Shown here: piece after piece, positions 1-6,697 of the stretch | How positions within the stretch are numbered: position 1 is the stretch's first letter | Layout: each line of letters begins with the position of its first letter | Virus record (IMG/VR): IMGVR_UViG_3300047335_000135 | Location: 1-36,394 of that record | From: a virus | Reading direction: 5' to 3' (one strand) | DNA: 36,394 nucleotides | The notes under the pieces: generated by a model | Told to the model about the DNA's origin: nothing | Seen by the model: only the letters and a program-made list of their open reading frames with translations | Database searches by the model: none | Program-made: the position numbers and the translations under genes

Positions 1-127
1 ACGACTCAGAGAAAAAGCTGAGCGAACAGATTATTTGGAAAGAGAACTTGCCCGAGTCATGCAAGAACAACAGCGGTCCAACACTGTATCTCCTGATGAT
101 GGCCCTAGTTTTGCTGACGATGATCTT
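1..127. repeat. Terminal direct repeat copy 1, identical to 36268..36394 (circular closure of the contig)
   Basis: Read directly. Bases 1-127 (acgactcagagaaaaagctg...gctgacgatgatctt) recur exactly as the last 127 bases, and an ORF stays in frame across the junction. Confidence 0.95.
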
Positions 128-586
128 GTTGAGGGGAAGCATCTTAAAAAGGTTAAGCAAGAGTTACGCGATCTCAAAAAAGAAATAGAATCCTATAAGC
201 AAACTAATTCTGCCATGACTGCGGAAGCTCGTATCAAGGCTCAATATAGTGACTTTGATAAAGTGGTAACAAAAGATACTATTGCTAACTTGCGGGAAGA
301 GTATCCTGAAATAGCTGCAACCATAAATTCAAACTCTGATGTATACACCCAGGCAGTAGCAGCCTATACACTGATCAAGAAGCTGAATATAGCGCCCGAT
401 GAACAATATGCAGCTGATAGGAACAGAGTGCAGGCTAATACTGCTAAACCTAGGCCTTTAACTTCTGTATCTCCACAAAGTAGTGATTCTCCTTTATCGC
501 GAGCCAATGCCTTTGCAGAGGGATTAACTCCTGAACTGAAGAAGAATCTTTTTAGAGAGATGCAAGAAGCTAAGAAAAATCGATAA
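2..586 (+). CDS. Scaffolding-like protein, C-terminal part; the ORF starts at 36131 and continues across the circular junction
   Basis: The frame is open from base 2, and RLREKAERTDYLERELARVMQEQ duplicates the end of ORF 36131..36394. The protein is charged and coiled-coil-like with a Ser/Pro-rich tail. It lies in the head module downstream of portal. The function call rests on position and composition only. Confidence 0.45.
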   Translation, partial: RLREKAERTDYLERELARVMQEQQRSNTVSPDDGPSFADDDLVEGKHLKKVKQELRDLKKEIESYKQTNSAMTAEARIKAQYSDFDKVVTKDTIANLREEYPEIAATINSNSDVYTQAVAAYTLIKKLNIAPDEQYAADRNRVQANTAKPRPLTSVSPQSSDSPLSRANAFAEGLTPELKKNLFREMQEAKKNR

Positions 587-612
587 TATTCACTGCTCTC
601 TCCTTATTCATA

Positions 613-643
613 CCCCCAGACATCTCCGCCTGGGGGTTCTTTA
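613..643 (+). terminator. Rho-independent terminator candidate
   Basis: Hairpin ccccca(g)...(c)tggggg followed by ttcttta, directly after the scaffold-like ORF stop. Confidence 0.5.
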
Positions 644-707
644 TACGTATAAAAAACTATATACTAGCTTGAACGGTAATCTTCAAAATATCAAAGGAAT
701 GCTGCAT

Positions 708-959
708 ATGAAGTATTTTCTGTACCTTGCTTGCTACCTACTGTGTTCACCTATTATTGCTTTTAATACTGAAGAATTCTTCGGTGAATGGAAGACTGTT
801 GATAACTATTATGAGCACTGTATTAGTGAACTTAATGATGAAGATGTACAGTTCTTGATAGAGTTAGCAGATAAGGATGGGAACATATACTTTGTAGTGT
901 ATCTTGATGAGACACGGGTTATTATACCGACCAATATTAAGGAGTTAGTACATGAGTGA
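708..959 (+). CDS. Small secreted or membrane-anchored hypothetical protein
   Basis: ATG at 708 lies 9 nt after aaagga. The N-terminus MKYFLYLACYLLCSPIIAF looks like a signal peptide. The ORF track extends to a TTG at 669. Confidence 0.5.
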   Translation: MKYFLYLACYLLCSPIIAFNTEEFFGEWKTVDNYYEHCISELNDEDVQFLIELADKDGNIYFVVYLDETRVIIPTNIKELVHE

Positions 960-1120
960 CTGTTCTATGGGAACCACGCTTTGGAATTTATGATTATTGG
1001 GATAACAAATATGATGGTAAAGCATATTGGCATCAATGTTGTAGCACATGTTGTTGTAATTACTCCTTAGAAAAAGAATTTTATTGGATGGAGTTACCGG
1101 AGATGCCTGATGGAGTATAA
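956..1120 (+). CDS. Small Cys/Trp-rich hypothetical protein (54 aa, GTG start), uncertain
   Basis: GTG overlaps the upstream stop (GTGA) and lies 10 nt after aaggag. My translation is VTVLWEPRFGIYDYWDNKYDGKAYWHQCCSTCCCNYSLEKEFYWMELPEMPDGV. It falls below the ORF-track length cutoff. Confidence 0.25.
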   Translation: MTVLWEPRFGIYDYWDNKYDGKAYWHQCCSTCCCNYSLEKEFYWMELPEMPDGV

Positions 1121-1523
1121 CCGTAATTGTGACATGGACCTGCGTAAAAGGATCGATGATCTATTTCGTAAGATGATTGATACATATGAGCCCAGGATAG
1201 AAGGTGAATATGGATGCATTCCTGTATGCAAAAGTTATGCCCTATTTATTCCAGCGCTTCATGAAGAAAAGTTTAAAAATGGGTGTGCATTTGTACCGAG
1301 GGAAGAAATTTTATTAATGACTGGCACGGTAATTCCCAAAAGATTTTACAGCAACGATTACATTGGTTCTTTGGGCTATTTTGATATATTTACTTCTTTT
1401 ATATTAAAAAACCATTGCCAGGTAGTTATTTATGATCCAAGCGAAGATGATAAAGGTATCCGATACGATGATAGAAAAATCGATACCCATATGGTTCCTA
1501 TGGTAGATCTTATTGATATGTAA
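1110..1523 (+). CDS. Hypothetical protein
   Basis: 137-aa ORF with no motif I recognise. Confidence 0.5.
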   Translation: MEYNRNCDMDLRKRIDDLFRKMIDTYEPRIEGEYGCIPVCKSYALFIPALHEEKFKNGCAFVPREEILLMTGTVIPKRFYSNDYIGSLGYFDIFTSFILKNHCQVVIYDPSEDDKGIRYDDRKIDTHMVPMVDLIDM

Positions 1524-1695
1524 TTATTTCCTGCAAAAACTTCTCGAGCTCATCTCGTTTATAAAGACGATAACCATTGGCTACGTTTCTATGTACCGAT
1601 ATTTTTTTCTTTTTTTCCCAATTTCTCAAAGTATTTTTAGAAATACCTAAAAATTTTGCAGCTTCATTAATATTCATATAGTCACTTATTTTCAT
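1510..1695 (-). CDS. MerR/excisionase-type helix-turn-helix DNA-binding protein
   Basis: MNINEAAKFLGISKNTLRNWEKKKKI...NGYRLYKRDELEKFL matches the MerR-family / excisionase HTH pattern. I chose the start at 1695 (MKISDY) because aaaggag lies 7 nt upstream. The track ORF extends to 1749. Confidence 0.65.
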   Translation of the reverse strand: MKISDYMNINEAAKFLGISKNTLRNWEKKKKISVHRNVANGYRLYKRDELEKFLQEIITYQ

Positions 1696-1755
1696 TACAG
1701 CTCCTTTTACTTTGGGCCATTTTGAGCGAAGTATACCAAAAATTATCACACATCA

Positions 1756-1938
1756 CTATACATTGCATGGATTCAGTCTGAATAAACATTGTTTTTTATG
1801 CTTTACAAGATGATAACGTGTGGTAATGTTGGATATAGTTTGTATGCCAAAAGATAGGCCTATCGTGGTAGCAATATTTACAGCATAACTTTCAAAGAGC
1901 CCTATGGGCCAGGAGTATTCGCATGGGTCATCGATCAT
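1756..1938 (-). CDS. Hypothetical protein, weak
   Basis: 60-aa ORF co-oriented with the HTH gene, with no motif. Confidence 0.3.
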   Translation of the reverse strand: MIDDPCEYSWPIGLFESYAVNIATTIGLSFGIQTISNITTRYHLVKHKKQCLFRLNPCNV

Positions 1939-2065
1939 TTATTTTGGGCTTATGGATAAAAAACCTAAAATATCCCCTATTACAAGAATTAATCAAAATA
2001 TAAACTGTTAAAGAAACCAATAACGATATTTACAAAATTAAACAAGAATCTAAGTAGGAAAATAT

Positions 2066-2656
2066 ATGAAATATTTACGCACTCTTTCGGTAGCATGTTT
2101 GTTGCTTGTAGTGTCTTGTTCTGCTATGGATATGAAAAAACTATCCGTTGTTACTAAGCTCAAAGAACACACTTTTGATAAAAACAGTACTCATTTTTTA
2201 AAAAATAATCTCAGCAAAAGCTTAAAGAAAGATTTTCATACATCATCGTCAAACATATCTTTTGAAAAAAGCACCGAGATTAAGTCATTTGACCTTAATA
2301 AAAAGGGTAAATTTACTTCCATCCTTGCTAAAAAGTATATGAATGACAAAGTCTATATCACTCAAGATGAAAATGGTAAATACTATTGTAATGGTTCAGA
2401 AATTGCAGTAGTTACCAATGGTCCCACTGGTGCTGCCGTAGGAGCATTTGTTGGTTTTTGGGGAACGTATGTTATTTGCCATGGAGTTATATCGGGAGTC
2501 TGTCGGGTTATAGATGTTGTTGTTCCTATAGGGGGCGTTGCTGGAGGAGCTGCTCAGGCTGTTATAGTTAAATCGCTTGAACCTGCTATTGTATTAGCTT
2601 CAAAAAAAGTTGGTATAGCACTTGGTATAGCTGGAGGAGTAGGAACCCCTATTTAA
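2066..2656 (+). CDS. Putative lipoprotein with a glycine-zipper-like hydrophobic C-terminal region
   Basis: Signal peptide plus lipobox: MKYLRTLSVACLLLVVS|C. The C-terminal Gly/Ala/Val-rich stretch (GAAVGAFVGFWG...GGVAGGAAQAV...GIALGIAGGVG) resembles glycine-zipper outer-membrane lipoproteins. The RBS aggaaaa lies upstream. Confidence 0.7.
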   Translation: MKYLRTLSVACLLLVVSCSAMDMKKLSVVTKLKEHTFDKNSTHFLKNNLSKSLKKDFHTSSSNISFEKSTEIKSFDLNKKGKFTSILAKKYMNDKVYITQDENGKYYCNGSEIAVVTNGPTGAAVGAFVGFWGTYVICHGVISGVCRVIDVVVPIGGVAGGAAQAVIVKSLEPAIVLASKKVGIALGIAGGVGTPI

Positions 2657-2720
2657 TATAATTAAGTTGATTAACTCAGTTGTCGATATAATGTCGGCGA
2701 CTGAGATTAGAGGATGAAAT

Positions 2721-2939
2721 ATGTTTATGAAAAAAAGAGAATTAGTATTGCGCGTAGTCTGCATTTGGATATCATATTATATCTTTAGTTTATATTACCC
2801 AATATATTACGGAATGCTGCCCTATGATCATTGCTCTGAGAATATTAGACTTATTATGCTGATCATACTTTTTGTTATGAATATTGTTCTTATAATTATA
2901 CCACTTCAATATCATATATATCTTAAAATAACTAAATAA
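2721..2939 (+). CDS. Small integral membrane protein (2 predicted TM segments)
   Basis: Hydrophobic segments VVCIWISYYIFSLYYPIYY and LIMLIILFVMNIVLIIIPL, with the RBS gaggatgaaat upstream. Confidence 0.5.
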   Translation: MFMKKRELVLRVVCIWISYYIFSLYYPIYYGMLPYDHCSENIRLIMLIILFVMNIVLIIIPLQYHIYLKITK

Positions 2940-2991
2940 TCCCACAGCTGCGCAACTTTTAATACTAACCCTTATAACGAATTAACTTTAT

Positions 2992-3429
2992 ATGTCATGG
3001 ATAAAAACTTCAGATCAATTGCCCCCAAAAGATAGACGATTTATGGCATTAGATGCTCGGTATAATTATGACCCTCATACTATTATTGAGTTTATTGAAA
3101 AAGAAAGGGGGGCTTGTGATGATGAAGAATGCGAAGAATGTCCTGGGCATTATGTAGCACAAAAATATTGTGAAATGGATATATGTAGATGTCGAGAGCA
3201 ATATACTTTAGATGAGTTCTTATACTACTTTCCTTACTGGCAATTGTTGGAAGAGCCACCAAAGGAAATAGAAAGTTTTCACCTCTGTGGTTTTTGTAGA
3301 ATATCCGTACATGCAAAGTTTGTTTCATATTCAAAAGGATCAGATCCTAGAATATACAAAAATAGGCATATATGTGATTATTGTAGAAATCACGAGCGCA
3401 ATAGTAATTACACATTTTACGATCAATAA
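2992..3429 (+). CDS. Cys-rich hypothetical protein with a DUF551-like N-terminus
   Basis: MSWIKTSDQLPPKDRRF resembles the M-x-W-I-x-v-x-D-x-L-P start of DUF551 phage proteins (from memory). It has several CxxC pairs. The same N-terminal motif recurs in the ORF inside intron 3. Confidence 0.5.
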   Translation: MSWIKTSDQLPPKDRRFMALDARYNYDPHTIIEFIEKERGACDDEECEECPGHYVAQKYCEMDICRCREQYTLDEFLYYFPYWQLLEEPPKEIESFHLCGFCRISVHAKFVSYSKGSDPRIYKNRHICDYCRNHERNSNYTFYDQ

Positions 3430-3430
3430 T

Positions 3431-3450
3431 CCCACAACCGTGGGAATTTT
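3431..3450 (+). terminator. Weak terminator-like hairpin
   Basis: cccac-aacc-gtggg followed by aattttat. The stem is only 5 bp. Confidence 0.3.
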
Positions 3451-3645
3451 ATATCGCCTCTTCACACACCATTATTCTTAATGGTATATTCTCTCTGAGC
3501 AGTATCGAAGTGACGCTCGCTTCAACAAACCCCATCGGGCTGTATGAGTTTCGCCCACTCAACGTGCAGTATGCACATTTCTGGCTGTACAAGTCTCGCC
3601 AACTTACGTGTGTTTATGTGAAATAGCATAATGTAAGGTTTTTAC

Positions 3646-3681
3646 ATGCCTATTACAACTACAACCACATTACCTGCGCCT
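3646..3681 (+). CDS. Major capsid protein, exon 1 of 4 (MPITTTTTLPAP)
   Basis: ATG preceded by taaggt. The exon ends at T3681, which can form a U.G pair in a P1 helix: gcgccT 3676-3681 with Gggcgc 3691-3696. Joining to 4181 is in frame and gives LPAP|VQQSFSYKLL, which matches the N-terminal pattern of N4 gp56-type capsid proteins. Confidence 0.7.
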
Positions 3682-4180
3682 AAACGAGATGGGCGCGTTA
3701 AATCTTCTCTAATAGACTTGGAAACCGTAGTGGCGTTAAGTTAACCGGTGACAAGGGGCAAGATTATGAAAAGAAAATGTTCAAGCTGTAAACAGCAAAA
3801 AGAAGAAAATAAGTTTATGAAACCTGACCATAAAACATGCGAAAAATGCATTATGCGTGTTAGAAAATGGGAACGAAGAACTAAACGGTATTACTTTGGA
3901 CATCAAATATGATCAGCCTGAACGTAGCAAGCGAGAAGACTCTAGTGAATGATTGCTGTAAATACATTAGAAAGTTAAATATTTTCATAGAATGGTTGAG
4001 GGCCTGTGATCCAGATCCTAAAACTCGTCATGATATAATATGGGCTACTAATGAATTACACAAACTAGAGATGCGGTGCTCTGAACATTGTGGAAACACA
4101 GTGAGGGAAGCTCAATAAACTTCCTCGCCTAGAAAGTAGTGTGCAATAAGCACACCATAGGTCACAAAAGTAACAGATTG
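3682..4180 (+). mobile_element. Group I intron 1 in the capsid gene (499 nt)
   Basis: P1 / internal-guide pairing with a U.G pair. The conserved block aaatcttctctaatagacttggaaaccgtagtgg (3700-3733) is shared with intron 3. The shared 3' core is cctgaacgtagcaagcgagaagactc...gagatgcggtgctctgaacattg..gaaa..cagtgaggga. The intron ends ggtcacaaaagtaacagattG (omega-G at 4180). Confidence 0.75.
3766..3912 (+). CDS. Intron-1 ORF: 48-aa CxxC...CxxC zinc-ribbon-like protein
   Basis: My translation is MKRKCSSCKQQKEENKFMKPDHKTCEKCIMRVRKWERRTKRYYFGHQI. The ATG follows caaggggcaagatt, the same site where the intron-3 ORF starts. It is below the ORF-track cutoff. Confidence 0.4.
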   Translation: MKRKCSSCKQQKEENKFMKPDHKTCEKCIMRVRKWERRTKRYYFGHQI

Positions 4181-4456
4181 GTCCAACAAAGTTTCAGTTA
4201 CAAACTCTTATCGGTTCCTGTTCCAAACATGATCCATAAGATACCAGCTGAACTTAAAGTCATGCCTAGGAATGGTGGTGTTACGCTGAGAATGCGTAGA
4301 TATAATCCGTTACCAACTGCGTTAGTGCCACTTGGCAATACAGGTGTTACGCCTCCGAGTGTTAATTTGACGGCTATCGATATAGATGCCACCGTTTCAT
4401 TCTACGGTCAGTACATAATCCTTAACGAACAGGTTACTTTACAGAATCAAGACCCT
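4181..4456 (+). CDS. Major capsid protein, exon 2 of 4
   Basis: VQQSFSYKLLSVPVPNMIHKIPAELKVMPRNGGVTLRMRRYNPLPTALVPLGNTGVTPPSVNLTAIDIDATVSFYGQYIILNEQVTLQNQDP matches the conserved N-terminal half of HK97-fold / N4 gp56-type capsid proteins. The MCNKHTIGHKSNRL prefix of track ORF 4139..4477 is intron sequence. Confidence 0.85.
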
Positions 4457-5618
4457 AGACAAGCGATTGTAGCTTAACATTGACAGCGGTAAGTTTTTTC
4501 TGTAGCATAAGTAATATATTTACTTTTATGTGCGGAGAAAACATGAGAAAAGAGGAATTAATGTCATACCTTGCGGGAATAATTGATGGGGATGGAAGTT
4601 TTTCCATACTAAGAAAACAAGAAAAGAAAGACTTGTCTCCTTCATATTATCCATGCATTCAGTTTTCTAAATCATCAAATATACTTCCAAAATTATTACA
4701 TGATAACTTTGGAGGACGACTTTCTTGTGTTGATAGGAAAGAAAAAAGTGTCTTAGAGTATAAGTGGCGACTAGAAAGATCTGAGAAGTGTAGACCATTT
4801 TTAGAAGAAATAAGCCCATACTTACATATTAAGCAAGAGCAGGCTTTTGAATTGATAAGATTTATAGAAGATAATCCATTTAAGCGTGGAATAAGAGTAA
4901 CAAAAGAAGATATTTCATGCAGAGAAAACGCTAGAACTAGGGTTATGAATCTAAATGCTCGAAGGGATACCAAGTCTAAATTGAATAATTCGGTTAATTT
5001 TTCTTATAAGAGTGGTTTATTTTGGTCCTATTTGTCGGGATTATTGGATACTGACGGATCTTTTTCTATAAAGAAAGAGCGACGGGGAATTTATTCTCCT
5101 ATGGTATTGCTAAGTCTTATAAATTCTAAAGCAATCAATTTTATTAAAAACAATTGTAGTGTTGGTTCATTTTTTGTTGTTAAAGCACCACAGTTGCTTC
5201 AAAAGTTTTATTATCGTTTTGGTGTGTACAATAGAGATGAAGTTGTTGTTCTTCTAGATCAAGTAATTCCATATTTACTTCATAAAAAAAATTCTGCGGA
5301 AATCCTTAGAGATTTTTGTAATGGATATGTATCTCAGGGTGGAAGATATCTAAAGACAAAAGAGCAAGATGATTTTCGAGAAAACTGCTATCAAAGTTTG
5401 GTTAAATCAAATGGGGTCTATAAATCTCATCTAATAGACTTGGAACTCTTACCAGGCGATGCTGGAGACAACAGGGCGGAAGCAGCGGAAGCGTGCACCG
5501 TGAACGTAGTAAGCGATGAGACACCGGAAGGTGATGCGGTACTCTGAACTCTATGGAAACATAGAGAGGTAGGCTGAGAAGATCTACCCGCCAGAAATGG
5601 TCATAAAGTAACAGAATG
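4457..5618 (+). mobile_element. Group I intron 2 in the capsid gene (1162 nt), carrying a LAGLIDADG endonuclease gene
   Basis: P1 pairs agacccT (4450-4456) with Ggggtct (5413-5419), giving a U.G pair at the splice site. The guide is followed by aaatctcatctaatagacttggaa, homologous to introns 1 and 3. The 3' core is gaacgtagtaagcgatgagac...gatgcggtactctgaac, and the intron ends ggtcataaagtaacagaatG (5618). Confidence 0.8.
4543..5547 (+). CDS. LAGLIDADG homing endonuclease (double-motif, monomeric type)
   Basis: Two LAGLIDADG motifs: YLAGIIDGDGSF and YLSGLLDTDGSF. I chose the start at ATG 4543 (MRKEEL), 5 nt after ggag. The track ORF starts at 4480 with a non-ATG codon. The 3' end runs into the conserved intron core. 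Confidence 0.9.
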   Translation: MRKEELMSYLAGIIDGDGSFSILRKQEKKDLSPSYYPCIQFSKSSNILPKLLHDNFGGRLSCVDRKEKSVLEYKWRLERSEKCRPFLEEISPYLHIKQEQAFELIRFIEDNPFKRGIRVTKEDISCRENARTRVMNLNARRDTKSKLNNSVNFSYKSGLFWSYLSGLLDTDGSFSIKKERRGIYSPMVLLSLINSKAINFIKNNCSVGSFFVVKAPQLLQKFYYRFGVYNRDEVVVLLDQVIPYLLHKKNSAEILRDFCNGYVSQGGRYLKTKEQDDFRENCYQSLVKSNGVYKSHLIDLELLPGDAGDNRAEAAEACTVNVVSDETPEGDAVL

Positions 5619-5738
5619 GTTTTGAATCAGGCGGCTGAAAGGCTCGGGGTCTCATTGAGACAAACAGAGGATACGCTGACTCGTGATATGCTTGCAGCTA
5701 CAGCGGCCTTCATAAACTGTACTGCTGGTGTCAACGGT
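5619..5738 (+). CDS. Major capsid protein, exon 3 of 4
   Basis: VLNQAAERLGVSLRQTEDTLTRDMLAATAAFINCTAGVNG continues the capsid-family pattern (...DP|VL...G.q....D.ltRd.l.a.t). Both junctions are in frame. Confidence 0.85.
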
Positions 5739-6172
5739 AGAATTGTTGCCGTTGTAAAATCTTCTCTGATAGACTTGGAAACCGTAGTGGTGTTTAACTA
5801 ACCGGCGACAAGGGGCAAGATTATGGAATGGATAAAAGTAACAGATAAGACAAAAATAAGAGCAGATAGATTTTTAGTGTTACTTCCAAATGACTTAGCA
5901 AATGACCAATATTGGCCACACATAGCAAGTAGACATTTTGGAAGCAACATTGAATTCGATATTGATGAATTAGAGTCATGCTCTGGAGAATGGAGATTAT
6001 CTGACTTTGCTTATTATGCCTATCTTTATAATCAGCCTGAACGTAGCAAGCGAGAAGACTCACAGAAATGTGAGATGCGGTGCTCTGAACATTGCAGAAA
6101 TGCAGTGAGGGATAAGTAGAGAAAGTCCCCGCCAAATAGAAATTATTTGGTCACAAAAGTAACAGAAAAATG
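5739..6172 (+). mobile_element. Group I intron 3 in the capsid gene (434 nt)
   Basis: P1 pairs caacggT (5732-5738) with Gccgttg (5748-5754), giving a U.G pair. The block aaatcttctctgatagacttggaaaccgtagtgg (5757-5790) and the 3' core (6033-6112) are near-identical to intron 1. The intron ends ggtcacaaaagtaacagaaaaatG (6172). Confidence 0.8.
5823..6119 (+). CDS. Intron-3 ORF with a DUF551-like N-terminus; its 3' third overlaps the intron core
   Basis: MEWIKVTDKTKIRADRF parallels MSWIKTSDQLPPKDRRF of ORF 2992..3429. The tail QPERSKREDSQKCEMRCSEHCRNAVRDK is read-through of conserved intron RNA, so the true coding extent is uncertain. Confidence 0.4.
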   Translation: MEWIKVTDKTKIRADRFLVLLPNDLANDQYWPHIASRHFGSNIEFDIDELESCSGEWRLSDFAYYAYLYNQPERSKREDSQKCEMRCSEHCRNAVRDK

Positions 6173-6688
6173 GACAACCCTACTGAAATTCAACGACCTG
6201 ATGTTGATACGGTGGTGCGAACATTGCTTGATAACGATGCTTACACCGTATTAGATAACATACAGGGTGAAGACCGTTTCGGTACTGCTCCTGTTCGAGA
6301 TGCGTACTTTGCTCTTTGCAGTACTCAACTTACTGGTAACTTAGATGCAGTTGCTGGATTTATTCATAAGAATAACTATCCATCACCTATGAATGCGTTA
6401 CGAAGCGAGTGGGGCTCCATTGGCAACCTACGTTTCTTGATTTCTAGTATTGGTTCTGCAATTCCTTTTGCATCTGCAAATGGTAATACCGTATACAACA
6501 TATTCTGTGTTGGTATGGAAGCATATGCCTGCGTGGAACAAGATGGATATAGTGCGGCCTTTATATATCGACCACCGATATATGATGGTCCATTGGCTCT
6601 TAATGCGTCTGTTGGGTACAAGTTTGCTGAGGTCCCGCGTATCTTAAATGATGCCTGGGTAATCAATTTACGTGCAACACAAGCCTAA
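6173..6688 (+). CDS. Major capsid protein, exon 4 of 4
   Basis: DNPTEIQ...SEWGSIGNLRFLISS...VYNIFCVGMEAYACVEQDG...PLALNASVGYKFAEVPRILNDAWVINLRAT matches the C-terminal GE.G...g.RF....Vy...v.G..ay..v...g....PL....vG.K......iLn..w pattern of this capsid family. The spliced product is 315 aa. Confidence 0.9.
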   Translation, partial: DNPTEIQRPDVDTVVRTLLDNDAYTVLDNIQGEDRFGTAPVRDAYFALCSTQLTGNLDAVAGFIHKNNYPSPMNALRSEWGSIGNLRFLISSIGSAIPFASANGNTVYNIFCVGMEAYACVEQDGYSAAFIYRPPIYDGPLALNASVGYKFAEVPRILNDAWVINLRATQA

Positions 6689-6697
6689 GGAGTAACT

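Noticed and set aside
2657-2720. 12-bp hairpin ctcagttgtcga-tataat-gtcggcgactgag between the lipoprotein and membrane-protein genes, as a terminator
   Set aside because: No T-tract follows it. It may be an RNA-processing or attenuating structure, but I have no way to support a function.
3480-3645. Possible extra intron-like or ncRNA element upstream of capsid exon 1
   Set aside because: It shares no similarity with the conserved intron blocks and has no convincing structure or promoter consensus that I could read. I left it as an untranslated or promoter region.
3909-4118. 69-aa ORF inside intron 1
   Set aside because: It begins and ends in sequence that is conserved as RNA between introns 1 and 3 (cctgaacgtagcaagcgag...gagatgcggtgctctgaac). 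Its ends are most likely ribozyme-core read-through. Only the intron-1-specific insert (about 3942-4067) could code, and I have no support for that.
4139-4180. N-terminal MCNKHTIGHKSNRL of track ORF 4139..4477, and likewise the tails PRQAIVA (4457..4477) and RIVAVVKSSLIDLETVVVFN (5739..5801)
   Set aside because: These residues are translated intron sequence on either side of the splice sites. They are not part of the capsid protein.
6376-6666. Antisense and alternative-frame ORFs inside the capsid, tail and fibre genes (e.g. 6376..6666, 6724..7035, 8232..8630, 11705..12004, 16239..16862, 18460..18997, 20103..20537, 21647..21841)
   Set aside because: They lie entirely within longer ORFs that have clear motifs or synteny. 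They lack an RBS, and their composition is typical of shadow ORFs.
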